Shown here one piece after another: positions 25,063 to 36,076 of a DNA stretch of 64,000 bases. This stretch comes from Gnetum montanum (Eukaryota > Plantae > Gnetophyta): NCBI GenBank assembly GCA_015680685.1, contig MNCI01001632.1, positions 1 to 64,000 of the forward strand, read 5' to 3'. How positions within the stretch are numbered: the stretch's first letter is position 1; each line of letters starts with the position of its first letter. Under the pieces are notes generated by a model. It worked only from the letters and a program-made list of their open reading frames with translations. It was not told the origin of the DNA and made no database searches. A program made the position numbers and the translations under genes.

Positions 25063-25622
25063 TGGAGGTTGTTACATTTTTTTTGTTGACCTATTGAAAT
25101 GATAGAAGGTTTTCTTTTTTTAGTGGTACGTGTTAAAGAGCTGCAAATTTAAGATCCTAGCAGACCGTTACCATATGCGTGATTTGTGAGAAAGCAGTAA
25201 GCCAAATTTCCTAGATGTTAGTGTAAGACTTCTATGCACTATAGTAGGGAGTGTAACGTGGCATGTATAACATGTCGAGACAACTAATTTTTAATTTTTT
25301 GCATATCATAGTTAATGTGACTGGATTACGAGACCATGAGCTACATGTTAGTTTAGGGTCTTTTCGGACCGTAATCTATACAATATCTACAAGATTAATG
25401 TTGCGATCTTCATGCTTCATGTCACATTGACATACCTATGTCTCGAGAAAATTCCACATTGGTCAGGCACGCAATAGTTAGTTTCAACCAATTCATTTAT
25501 AAGTCAGTGATTCATCCTCAAAGTAGACTAGAGATATTGCGAATTTGAATTAGGATATAGCAGAAGGAAAGCAAAAGTAAGGCATGAGCAGAAGATTTTG
25601 CAAAGGTTGTTTAGTCATGACC

Positions 25623-28600
25623 ATGGTACCAAAGATCAAAGGGAAACATGTCAAATTGGCAAAGATTAATAAAGTGTAGGAGAGTTTCCAGTGGGTTGAA
25701 ATGCGGTAGGCTACTCCACTCGCTCGGTAAGTGACATTTTATCGTCCTGCATGATTGTTATTTTTGTTGTTATGGTGTCGCAATTGTACCTATTTCAAAG
25801 ATGTGTATTATGGTGGGCATTGATACCTGGTCACACGGGCTAAGCTATCGTAGTTTGTACTATTACCGCTATCGTTGTTTTTGGAGACAGACCTTGCGTA
25901 CTCGCAAGGGTTAGGACGATCTTGGGCAGTATTGTGCAAACACAATGCATAACTGAAGGAGTCCAGGTACTATACCCTTATGTAGTATGAATAGGATTCC
26001 ATCATCTCACCCATAAATGTTGCATGTTACACTGAGATAATAGGTAGTATTACTTTTATCGCCATTTCCAGGGATAGACCTTGTGCGATTGCAAGGGTTT
26101 GGGTGGTTTTGGTAATGCATTTTCAGCATAACCTACAATTTCCTGGGAGTCAAGGTAATGGAAATTCTAGTGTTATGTAATTAATTTTTGTGCCTCTCTC
26201 CCTTTTTTTTTGTTTTTCTCTTACATCATTAGTATGTCTACATTGCTGTTTCTAATAGAATTCTATTTTATTGTAAAGGATTACGCTAAAGCCTATCCTA
26301 ATCATCTTGGACATTGTGGGCGTTCTGTGTTGTTTACATGTCCCCATGGCCAATGTTCCTCCTCCTCATGCTCGTGTAAAGGTGGAGGCAGTTTGGTTCC
26401 GAAGAGGCACACAAGAGTTTCTGTAGTTTTTGTTACATAATTACAGTGTAATTATTTGGTCGCATTTGCCAGCCGAGACAGTCGCCTCCATTCTGGAGAC
26501 GCTACTAGTTGGATCAACATAGAGCATGTTGATGTTTTTGGTGGATGGCTCAATCGAAACCGTGCAGGTACAAGACCATGAATAGAGTGCCAGGGGTTTG
26601 AGACATTTTTCTTGGATCTAGGATATGCCCAGGTTTAATTGTTATCACGCCTACAACACTCTATTCGTGGCTTGTCATCTTATGACCTACTTCCAAAATC
26701 CACCTGGGATTGTGTATTATGCAAGCGGGTAAGTGCTTCCACGGCGTCATAATACACTAACCATTTTTTTGAATTTGTATCTAATGTAAACAATTGTCTA
26801 CATTCTGTGATGTAGTTTTTTCATCAATAATGATGGTCTCCAGGGTGATATAGATACGTTGTCTATGGCCAAAATGGCCATAAAGGAGTTCACCTCTATT
26901 AGCAATGTACGTGCTGGTGTTATGGGATAACTAGAATTGGAAATCCCACATTACCCTAACTACTATATCAAATTTTTCACCAAGTGCAAAAGGCTCAGAT
27001 GGTTGGATAAGGAGTGGACTTTGGATCGTCCTCTCACTATCATGGACATGTGAGAGAAAATCCCACCGTTTCCTTTGCCTTTTAGATGCGGTAAATTATG
27101 CTATGGTGGTTCATTGTACAATCTTACGAGATGGACACAATGTGTAAAATCATTTTATTTTGCTATATTGTCTAAACCCTTGTTTCATGTTTATAGTTAA
27201 GGAATCACAAGAGATCACGGTTATGGCTTCCAGGCATGAAGCGAGCAGCCTTTGTTTCGTTATGGTGACATAAAGAAAATGCAACATTCGCTCAGCCATA
27301 GTGCAGCCCCAGTTGTCCTAACCAATAACCTATGGGAAGCTAGACTAATGCAGCTATTTTTGGTTGTAACCCCCAACGTCACCGTGGGAAAAATGTTGAC
27401 CCTAGTTAACTCCTTCAGCAAAGAAGCCAAGCATCTTTACATGCGCATGCATAACGTGCATGTAAGTTTTGATATTGACGCTTGACTGTTCACTAACTTT
27501 CTTGGTGTTTCCTTTGATGGCCTTCCAGTAGAAGAAAATTCAATGAGGAGTTCTAAGCACCAAAAGGAGATAGAGGAGTGGCTAGGGGTTAACAAGGAAG
27601 TGAAAGGAATCCCTGCTGATAAAATTGAGCTCGAGGTGGCTCATACCATTTATCCCCTCTTCTGAGCCCACGCCTTCCCCAAGTTGCTTTCCCAGGGGAG
27701 AATCTTTACCATAGAGCAGGCATGGATCATGCAGGAGGTTATGGAGAACGGAACGTGGTATAATTGGGTTAGTTACTTCGCCAAAGGCATGCAGGCTGAA
27801 ATGGTCAAGCTTCAGAAGAAGTTTGAGTACCGCTTCAACGTGCATTTTACCTTCTTTTTAGCTTGCTTTCAGCATTTTTTCGAATTCCTAGTGGTTCAGA
27901 GGGATGGAATCTGGGTGCTACAGGATCATAACCAGATTTCCAAATCTTGGATTTCCTAGATTTTCGACACTACTCGATCATAAGATCCCCCCGAAGGCAT
28001 TGGGGATTCGCTTTCACTTACGACTAAGATTTTGGTGGCACCTCGTACACGAGGCCAGGATAGCATGGGTGGAGCGCTCCCTTCTTTCACCGGTAGTGTG
28101 TCGAGGGGGAAATTCCTTGTAGTAAAAATAGTGGATTCGTCAGTCTAGCAGAAAAAGCCTCGTCTAGCCATGGAGTCCGCTAGTTTGACTGACATAGAGA
28201 GAAAGAGGTTGCAAATTAATTTTCACAAGAATGATCCCCCAACTAGTAAGTAAAGAGATGCATAATTAGTTTATATATTTGTTATGTTGCGTACAGATGT
28301 GGCATCACATAGCATTTGTAAGATTTTTGATTAACTATTTTTTTTAGCAGACAAAAGAAAGAATGTAGAGGAGTTGACCCCTAAAACAGGGGAAATAGTC
28401 ATACGATGTGAAGGAGGGGCCCCAATTTTGAAAAAGAAGGCCCCTGTTAATAATGCAGGTGGCACATAGGTTTCTGTGTGTGAAGAAGAGATGGAAGCAG
28501 AGGACGTCGAAGTCCTTTCAGATGAGCTGGAAAAAAGGGAGCAGCTTGTTGCTGGTAAGTTTAACTTTTCCTTAGAGGGTAGCGTCACATTACGACCATT

Positions 28601-30170
28601 GAGGGTTTTTTTGGATTGAGTTTTGCATTATCGTAATGTCTCAATTGTCCTTTATGTCCATCATACTGTGTCTAACTCATTTTTGTTTGCGTAAAAGGTA
28701 CTTCTAACGCTGGCTTCGTGCCCTTGTCAGCGGCACCCACTCAGCATTGGGATGAGACCCCTGATAAATTTGCCTTTATGGAAGGCATTGCAAAGGATAT
28801 GATGGGCCATCTATAGAGAATCGACCCTGAGATTGGTACGTGAGTGTTATAATGTAGGGATTGTTGACATTATGATATTGTATCTTTTTTTATGTCTCAC
28901 TATTATTTTTATGTTACAGGATCTCGCCTCAGATGGGATCACAAAGAGCCCGTTGACTTGGATATTGCCCCTAAACCCTCATCAGAGCTGACCGAAGTGC
29001 CATGCAGCCTTTACGACGAAATGAGTAAATGTGCGTTACGCTCAACCCACTCTTTATGGGAGTGCCAGAACATCAACGAAGCTCTTTGGAAGAGGTTGTA
29101 GAAGGAAGAAAAGGAGAAGATGTTCCTAATCAGTAGGGTTGAGGACCTGGAGTCTCGAAATAAATTTCTACTAGCTTGAGAGACCAATGATGAGAATTGG
29201 TGGACAGTTGTAATTGACTACACTTGCTATTGGACAGTCATCAGAAACAACATACAAGCTAGTCGTGAACTCATTGAGAAATGGATGCAAATGAATCTCC
29301 TAGCCCAGAAGAACCAAGACTGGAAGGATTATAGCGTGATGGTCCAAGAATGGGGCTAGACACAGAAAGATCATAAGCACGTGTATAAGCGAGAATGTGT
29401 TGCCTACTACCAACATTACAAGGATTCTACTATTAAAGCATGGTCCCTTCAACTATTTCTTGATGTCATCGGTGCTTCTAGAGCATACGAAAAGTTTCAA
29501 GAGCAAGTGACAGTAAGTGCTTCCCCAGAGAGGGAAATAACTTTCCTTGGTCGGGAGACCACTGTCTCTTCCTTCTTTTCTAAACTGCCCTGATGGACTC
29601 CTATGGAGAAGGGAAAGGTTAAGGTTGGAACTGATCTAGGAGATGGCGTTTGGTCTAAGCTTACCGAGGACAAGATCATGCAATGCCTGTGGGTTGGTTT
29701 GGAACAGATTCCTTTCGCAGCTAACGCAAGACCATCATAGGTAAGTTGTAGGCCTATTGCATTCTTGTTATGCGTAGTCTCGATGAAAATACTAATGTGT
29801 GCATCATGTAAAACTATAGGATTGGAACAAGGAGGATCCTCATGAGGATGAGCGTAATGGAGATGATGGTCAAGGAGAAGAGAGTCTTCATGAGGAGGAG
29901 CATAACGAAGATGATGGTCCTCACGAAGAGGATCTCCATGAGGAGGCACATAATGAAGATGATGATCCTCATGAAGAGGATATCCATGAGGAGGCATGTA
30001 ATGAAGATGATCAAACTCGCGGTGAGAAATCCCATGAGGAAGAGCCCTGCAGAGAGGACCCTCGTCATGAAGAGACATCCTACAAAGAAGGTCCTTACAA
30101 GGATGATCTTCATGAGGCAGAGGTGGAGTTGGATGACACAGGTGGAAATGATAGCAAAGGGGATGTGTAG
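25623..30170 (+). pseudogene. Antisense 8-exon accessory gene of B, ~1130 codons: FCP1/NIF-like HAD domain, plant-transposon domain, coiled coil, acidic tail
   Basis: Exons 25623-25726, 26279-26728, 26816-27090, 27197-28245, ~28351-28554, 28698-28835, 28920-29740 and 29820-30170. Donors gtaagt (x5), gtaaat and gtacgt; AG acceptors after T-rich tracts; scattered CAG>TAG stops and a few frameshifts. Confidence 0.85.
29830..30120 (+). repeat. ~15/45-bp coding repeat giving an acidic His-rich tail (GDPHEEAHNEDDDPHEEDIHEE...)
   Basis: Repeated catgagga(g/t) units. Confidence 0.85.
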
Positions 30171-30289
30171 CATGGTGATATTAGCCTAAACATCTTGTTG
30201 TAATGAAAAGGAATAAAGAATAGAGTTCTTGGATCAATTTGATTGTAAGAAAAAAAATTGGAAGAAAGTGTATCATTAGAAAGGTTACG

Positions 30290-30702
30290 TGTTTTAGGCC
30301 ACTGCGGGATATTAGTAGTTTAAGGCCATTTTGGGCCAGTCCATTGTAAGTGTAAAAGGATAAAATAAATAAAAATTGAGTTTCTAGTTTTAGGCCATGG
30401 TGGGCCATAAATAGTTTAAGGCCATTTCAGGCCATATCTTCATAAGCGTAAAGGGGTAAATTACATTTGCCAGTTTTAGGCCGTAGCGGGCCGCAACTAG
30501 TTTAAGGCCATTTTGGGCCAAGCCATCGTAAGCGTAAGAAAAAAAATAAAATTGATAGTTTTAGGCCATAGTGTGCCGTAAATAGTTTAAGGCCATTCCG
30601 GGCTAGTCCATTGTAAGCGTAAAAGGATAAAATAAATAAAAACTGAGTTGCCAATTTTAGGCCGTGGCGGGCCATAAATAGTTTAAGGCCATTTCGGGCT
30701 AG
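30290..30702 (-). repeat. Hairpin-motif array after the gag-pro stop of B (paired motifs in ~90-120-bp higher-order units)
   Basis: AGTTTWAGGCC-N6-GGCC repeated ~10 times. Confidence 0.85.
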
Positions 30703-30806
30703 ATCGTCATAAGCATAATAATGATAATGTAAAAAGAAAGAGCGTAAACTATGTAATAATAAAAAACATGGACTGATACAACATGTCACGCTAACATGTT
30801 AATTTG

Positions 30807-33800
30807 CTAGCTCTGTAGTTGTTTCTTGATCATTTTTAGGTTTGGCGACACGTATGGGCAAGGAGGCTTATTATAGAATTCCTCTACGCTACCATCTTCT
30901 CCTTGGAAGGGTAGTTCAGCCCAAGTCAAGCTTTCATTGGCTACTGTGTTAGCCTATTCAACTATTGGGATAGGAGTTTGATCTTTAGAGAATTCAACCT
31001 CTAACCCTTGTTCCATTTCTACATTGTTAACCGCTTAAGGGATCATCTTATCACCATGGATGATCACTTCCCCTCCCACATAGGACAAATGGATCTCTTG
31101 ATGAATGGGTGATGAGACTACTCTTAATTAAGCTAACCAAGACCTCCCTAAGATTAGGTTGAAGTCGGGCATCTCCTCAATGACGATGAACACTGCATTT
31201 GTGGGGAATTGATCCACTACTACAAAGTTGATGTGTACCATTCCCTTAACTTGCACTCTTGGCCCATTAAATGACTTCAAACATGACATTGTCATGGGAT
31301 TAATCTGGTCAATAAAACCCAGTTTGTCCACTATAGGGAATGGAATGACATTGGCAGCGGCCCCGTCATCTATGTGTACTCTCCGGATTTTGTACTGGCT
31401 GACTTGGATAGTGATGAACATGGATGTTGTTGTCACCTGACCCTTTTCTGGATCATCCTTAATGGATTCTTCATGAAATGTCAGTTGGGGAGATCTTAGT
31501 TGTTCAGCAGTGTGAGGAAACATAATCGAATGGATTGCTTCTTCATCTGCTGGCAACTTTTTGTCCACCAGTATGGACGTTAGCATGCGAACCATGACCT
31601 CATGATGCTTTTAGGATGTCATCAACAAGTCATACAGACTCAGCATTATTTTTCTATTTGAGAGCCTGCTTGACTTGTGTAAAAGAGTCAAGGAGATCAT
31701 GCCCATGATCTAGTTGTTTGTTACCCTTCTCTTCTTTCATTTGTCCCAGGAGACGGATCTCTTGGGGTAGAATAGTTTCTGGTTGAGGATTGTATTTTCT
31801 TGGGCAGGGAGAAGGTGTCCGTATTTGCGTAACATTGCCCTTTTTAGAAGAAGGTGGGGCCAAGGGCACCAAGGCAAGGGATGTAGGCCTAGGGAATCCC
31901 AATGTAGGGTGATCCTTGGCTACCTCAGCTATCATGCACCCTTCTCCTTTCCTATTAGGTTGTGATTGGGGCGTTGACTTAGATGGTTGTCCCTACATAA
32001 TAGGAATAGCTGATGGCTTTGGCACCCTGATGACAAAGGGTACCTTAGGTATGGGTGCGGGTTGGGCTACGGCTTTACCAATAGTAGGCTATGGGACGAT
32101 AGTAGGAGATGGGACTCAAAGGACAAAAGGTTGTTGTTGAACCACACCCATTGATGTTGATGGGTTTGTCGTTTGAGATGAGCAAGGAGATACACATAGG
32201 ACAAAGGGATGCTTTGGCTGTGCTTAACCATCGCCTTCCATACCTACCACATTGATATTGTACCCTACATTATTAGCATTTAACGGGTCTTGGTACATGT
32301 GCATGGATTGGTTTTCAGGATGGATCAGGCTATTGCTGTCTAAGATTAGTTTACCTTGATTGATCATGTATTGAATGTCATCTTTCAACACCCAGTAGTA
32401 ATCCATGTCATGACCACACAGTTGGTGATAGTCATAGAAGCGGTCCAGCCTAAAGTTTTTTGGGACTAAGGGTTCATTCGGTAGGGCCAAGGACGGATTC
32501 TTGAGCAACTCACAATGTCATCTATGGCACTTCAAATCCTCCTTGGATACCTTCTTATGTTGGATGTGGCTAGTTCCCAACAATTTCTTTAGAAGTTCTA
32601 AAGGCTTTATAGGTAGGGCCGCGTATTTTGAATGGTCTTTACGCTCAAAATTAGGGTTCGGCTACAAAGGTGCTTCAAGGGTGAAAGGAGTTTCTGGATC
32701 GATGCTGTTTGAGCTAGTTGTGGGCTCAGCAAGCTCCGTAGATATTTTCTTGTTGTTGTTTTTCTTCTTAGCCCCCTCGGCAACCGCTGTTACTGTCATT
32801 GTCGTAGCTTTTCCTTTGTTCTTACCCTTGTTGTGGGAATTCTTTTAGACCACATACGTTGGATCCTTGCTAGCCTCTGCCATGTCTTGGATGCTCTTAG
32901 CCTGAGTGAAGGCTTGGCTGAGGGAGCGAGGAGCGAGGTAATATAACTTAGACTTAATAAAGTCGTTAACTACCCCCTTGAAAACTACCAACAGATGGCC
33001 CTCCACGATGGGTTCATAGATTTTGTTCAAGGTGGTGCTCCACTGCTATATAAACTTTTGAACTGACTTGAGCGGGTCTTGCTTGACTCCCATGAGCTGG
33101 TCCAGCATGACTTCTGGTTTCATGTTGTACTTGAAACAAGTCACGAACTAAGTTAACAGCTCTTCCAAAGTTGAGATGGAAGCACGCAGGAGTGCTCGAT
33201 ACCAATCTAAAGCTTTACCTGTTAGGGACATAGCAAAGACACAGATGATAGTATGTGGCCATTGTTGCAATAACAATGACTCTGACCTAAAAGTAACTAA
33301 ATGGGTGTTGGGATCGCCTTCCCCATTGTATTTTGTAAAATGGGGAAGTGGCATCCCAAGAGGTAATGACAAAATGGACACTGCCAAGCTAATAGGATCT
33401 TCATGGTAAAAATCCATGACTTGTACTATGTCAGAACCAGCATCCTTGAGGTGTTTAACTTCCTCAGTAAGGGTCTAGATAAGCTAGAAGGATTTATCTA
33501 GACCTGTAGATGAAGAGGTCATTTGTGGAACAGCAGGAGGAGCCACGCTGGGTGGCAGAATAGGGGCGGCAACTTGGCCGATGGGTGATGCTATCGAAAT
33601 TATCCCTGTAGGAGGTGCTACTTGTGGCATCCACCACCTGGTAGGTGGCATGGATGGGGCGATTTCCATTGGCTGTGCCATTGGATATGTTGTTTGCATT
33701 GCTAGGGGCATAGACAATGACCCTGTAGTAGGGTTTAGTGCCTACTGAACTTCGTTTTAATGATGGAGGAGATGGGACATCTATGTAGGATGCACAACGA

Positions 33801-34230
33801 GAGACATGTTTGGAGCCCACCATGCTGTAGTGGGGGGCCCTATCATGTGAGTCAGGATGAATGTAGGTGTTGTATGTAACTACAAAGTAGGTATTGCGTG
33901 TAGATACGATGACATGGGCGTAGGTGTATGGTGAGATAGATTAGCTAACTACACTTGCTAAGGAATGATTTGTAATGGGACACCACCTGAGAGGGTAGTT
34001 GGAGAGAGAAAATGTAGCTGGGACGAGTGCGGTACTTGGTTAGTATTAGACAATGTCAAGGACATGGTGACCATGAACAACAAATTTATGCGAGACGTTG
34101 TGGAGGGAAGGGCCACAACCAAATCAGCATGACTACTTCCCTCAGAGTGGGAATCTAGATCAACCTGCCCATGATGAAGCGCTTCATCATGGAACAACTC
34201 CTCTCATTATTCTGTTGATGTCCTAGCCAT
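30807..34230 (-). pseudogene. gag: gag-pro of B
   Basis: Gag PHFTKYNGEGDPNTHL...FAMSLTGKALDWY; Tat-type Zn motif YDYHQLCGHDMDYYWVLK; protease VHIDDGAAANVIP...FNLILGRSWL. The start and end positions are approximate. Confidence 0.9.
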
Positions 34231-35480
34231 TGAAACACCACAAAATTTTAGGTCTTGACATCTCGACTGCATATTTTTCTAAGTGTCAAAATGATGACAC
34301 TTTTAACACCTTGTAACGCTATGCTATTATGCACTGTTACATGATGTTACGCTGCATAGCGTAGTGTAGCGTAACACACTGTTACACGCTATTACACTCC
34401 ATAGCGTAGCGTAACACCCTGTCACGCGCTGTTATGCACTGTTACGCTACATAGCGTAGTATAGCATAGCATACCACCCTATTACACTACGCTGTTATGC
34501 ACTGTTACATGATGTTAGGCGCTGTTATGCTCCATAACATAGCATAACACCCTGTTACATGATGTTACGCTACATAGCATAGCGTACTGTAGCATAGTGT
34601 AGTATAACACTTTGTTATGCTATGCTGTTAAATGCTGTTACATGATGTTATGCACTGTTACGCTCCATAGCGTAGCATAACACCCTATTATGCTACGCTG
34701 TTACATGCTATTATATGATGTTACGCGCTGCTATACTTACATTACGCTGTTACGCACTGTTACATATTGTTACGTGTTGTTACACGCTGTTACACATTAT
34801 TACCTACCGCACTATCACGTGGCACCAGATCTGCATTTTGGGCTAACCCTAGTCTTATAAATGCCTCTACGCCCTCTTTTTTAAAAAAGAAGAGGGGAGG
34901 GAAGAGAAAGGGGAGCGAAGAACTTTTTCTTCAAGGGAAAAAAACATTTTGGCATTTTCAACATTTGGGCACTTAGCTCCATGGGTGAACGAGACCCAGA
35001 GCACACCACACCGACAGAAAGGCACATTACATGGTATACTGTGATCACTGACCCAGGAGGCATAGTTTATCATAGTGAGTACCAGATTTCACAAATTGAC
35101 ACCACTGAGGTTGTGATTCTGCTCCTACTATTCCTATTGTACACTTTCTATATCGGTACCATTTTTTAGGGCAATGTATCTTTCTATTCAAACTCTCTTT
35201 TGGCTGATTACAACATTTTTTTGGCATTGTTAAGCATTAAATCATTTTCATTGACCTATTATGCACTTTAGCATGTTTCTACTACTATGCACATTACATT
35301 TTTTCTTATTATTGGCAAAAAGGTTATTGTATACCGATTAAGTCCCTGACTAATCGACCAGACCGTTCAGGGCACCCTGAATCCATTTTCTACAACATTG
35401 CCCTCGCGCAGATTCGAGGTTAGGTTATGCACCCAAAGACCTCTCGGTGTTTTTAGTGATCGACATTTTCTAATGCTATA
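34231..35480 (+). mobile_element. Solo LTR of a related Tat family, inserted in B in the opposite orientation
   Basis: Starts TGAAACACCACAAAATTT; perfect TSD GCCAT at 34226-34230 and 35481-35485; its ends are reverse-complement homologous to the 60610-61723 LTR and to the B LTR; contains (GTTAC/ACGCT)n low-complexity sequence at 34310-34800. Confidence 0.9.
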
Positions 35481-36038
35481 GCCATCAGCATTTGATCTAG
35501 GATCCACTATTGTTGATCTATCAAGGATACAATGGTGTTTGGCAAAGGACTAAATTCCTTCCCATTGCAGTATATGAACTCGTATTCTCGTTTCTCTTTG
35601 ATTTCTTGTGGGTACATGGGAAGATTTGCTACAAGTTTAGCACAGAGGAAATTGTAATGTTCCCTATGCTGAGCATGTCCCTTAGGCTCCTTGTTTTGGA
35701 GCCTGAGGGATTAGCGTGGTCACACTGAACTGGTTGGTGGTTTGACCATAGGAGGCGTAGCTTGCAAAGTCCAAGGATTCTCGAGGTTGGCAATGTTAAC
35801 AACGGTGGTTGATGTAGCCATTCTCTATGCAGTTCAAAAGTAATGATGACAAGAATAAAGATCACAAGGGAAAAGGTAAACTAAGGTGAGAATTGGGCTT
35901 TCTACCCTACAGGATTCCAAAGGAATCATCAAAGCGACCGATCTACATCACACAATCTCGTAAAAAACCACGGAGGTATTATGTTTACGTCAATCGATAA
36001 TGGGTACTGACAGCTTACAGGACTACCCATAAAGTGTG

Positions 36039-36067
36039 GATCAGAGGTTCAGGCCCTCCTTCTAGCG
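36039..36067 (-). promoter_or_regulatory. Primer-binding site of B, tRNA-Asn type, extended
   Basis: The + strand gatcagaggttcaggccctccttctagcg resembles the 3' part of plant tRNA-Asn(GTT) as recalled; it lies 9 nt from the LTR. Confidence 0.8.
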
Positions 36068-36076
36068 TAGGAAAAT

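Noticed and set aside
25623-30170. Host gene interrupted by retrotransposons
   Set aside because: It lies inside B's paired LTRs and TSD, and recurs at the same internal position in A.
29497-30189. Met-rich, His/Pro-rich and hydrophobic ORFs (29842+, 29497-, 29814-)
   Set aside because: These are alternative frames of the low-complexity acidic repeat exon.
31340-31390. Protease active site DDG instead of D(S/T)G
   Set aside because: It is shared by A and B and falls within the variation I recall for Tat/Ogre proteases, so it is not novel.
36005-36067. tRNA-Asn gene
   Set aside because: Only the 3' ~29 nt match, there is no intact D or anticodon arm, and its position identifies it as the PBS.
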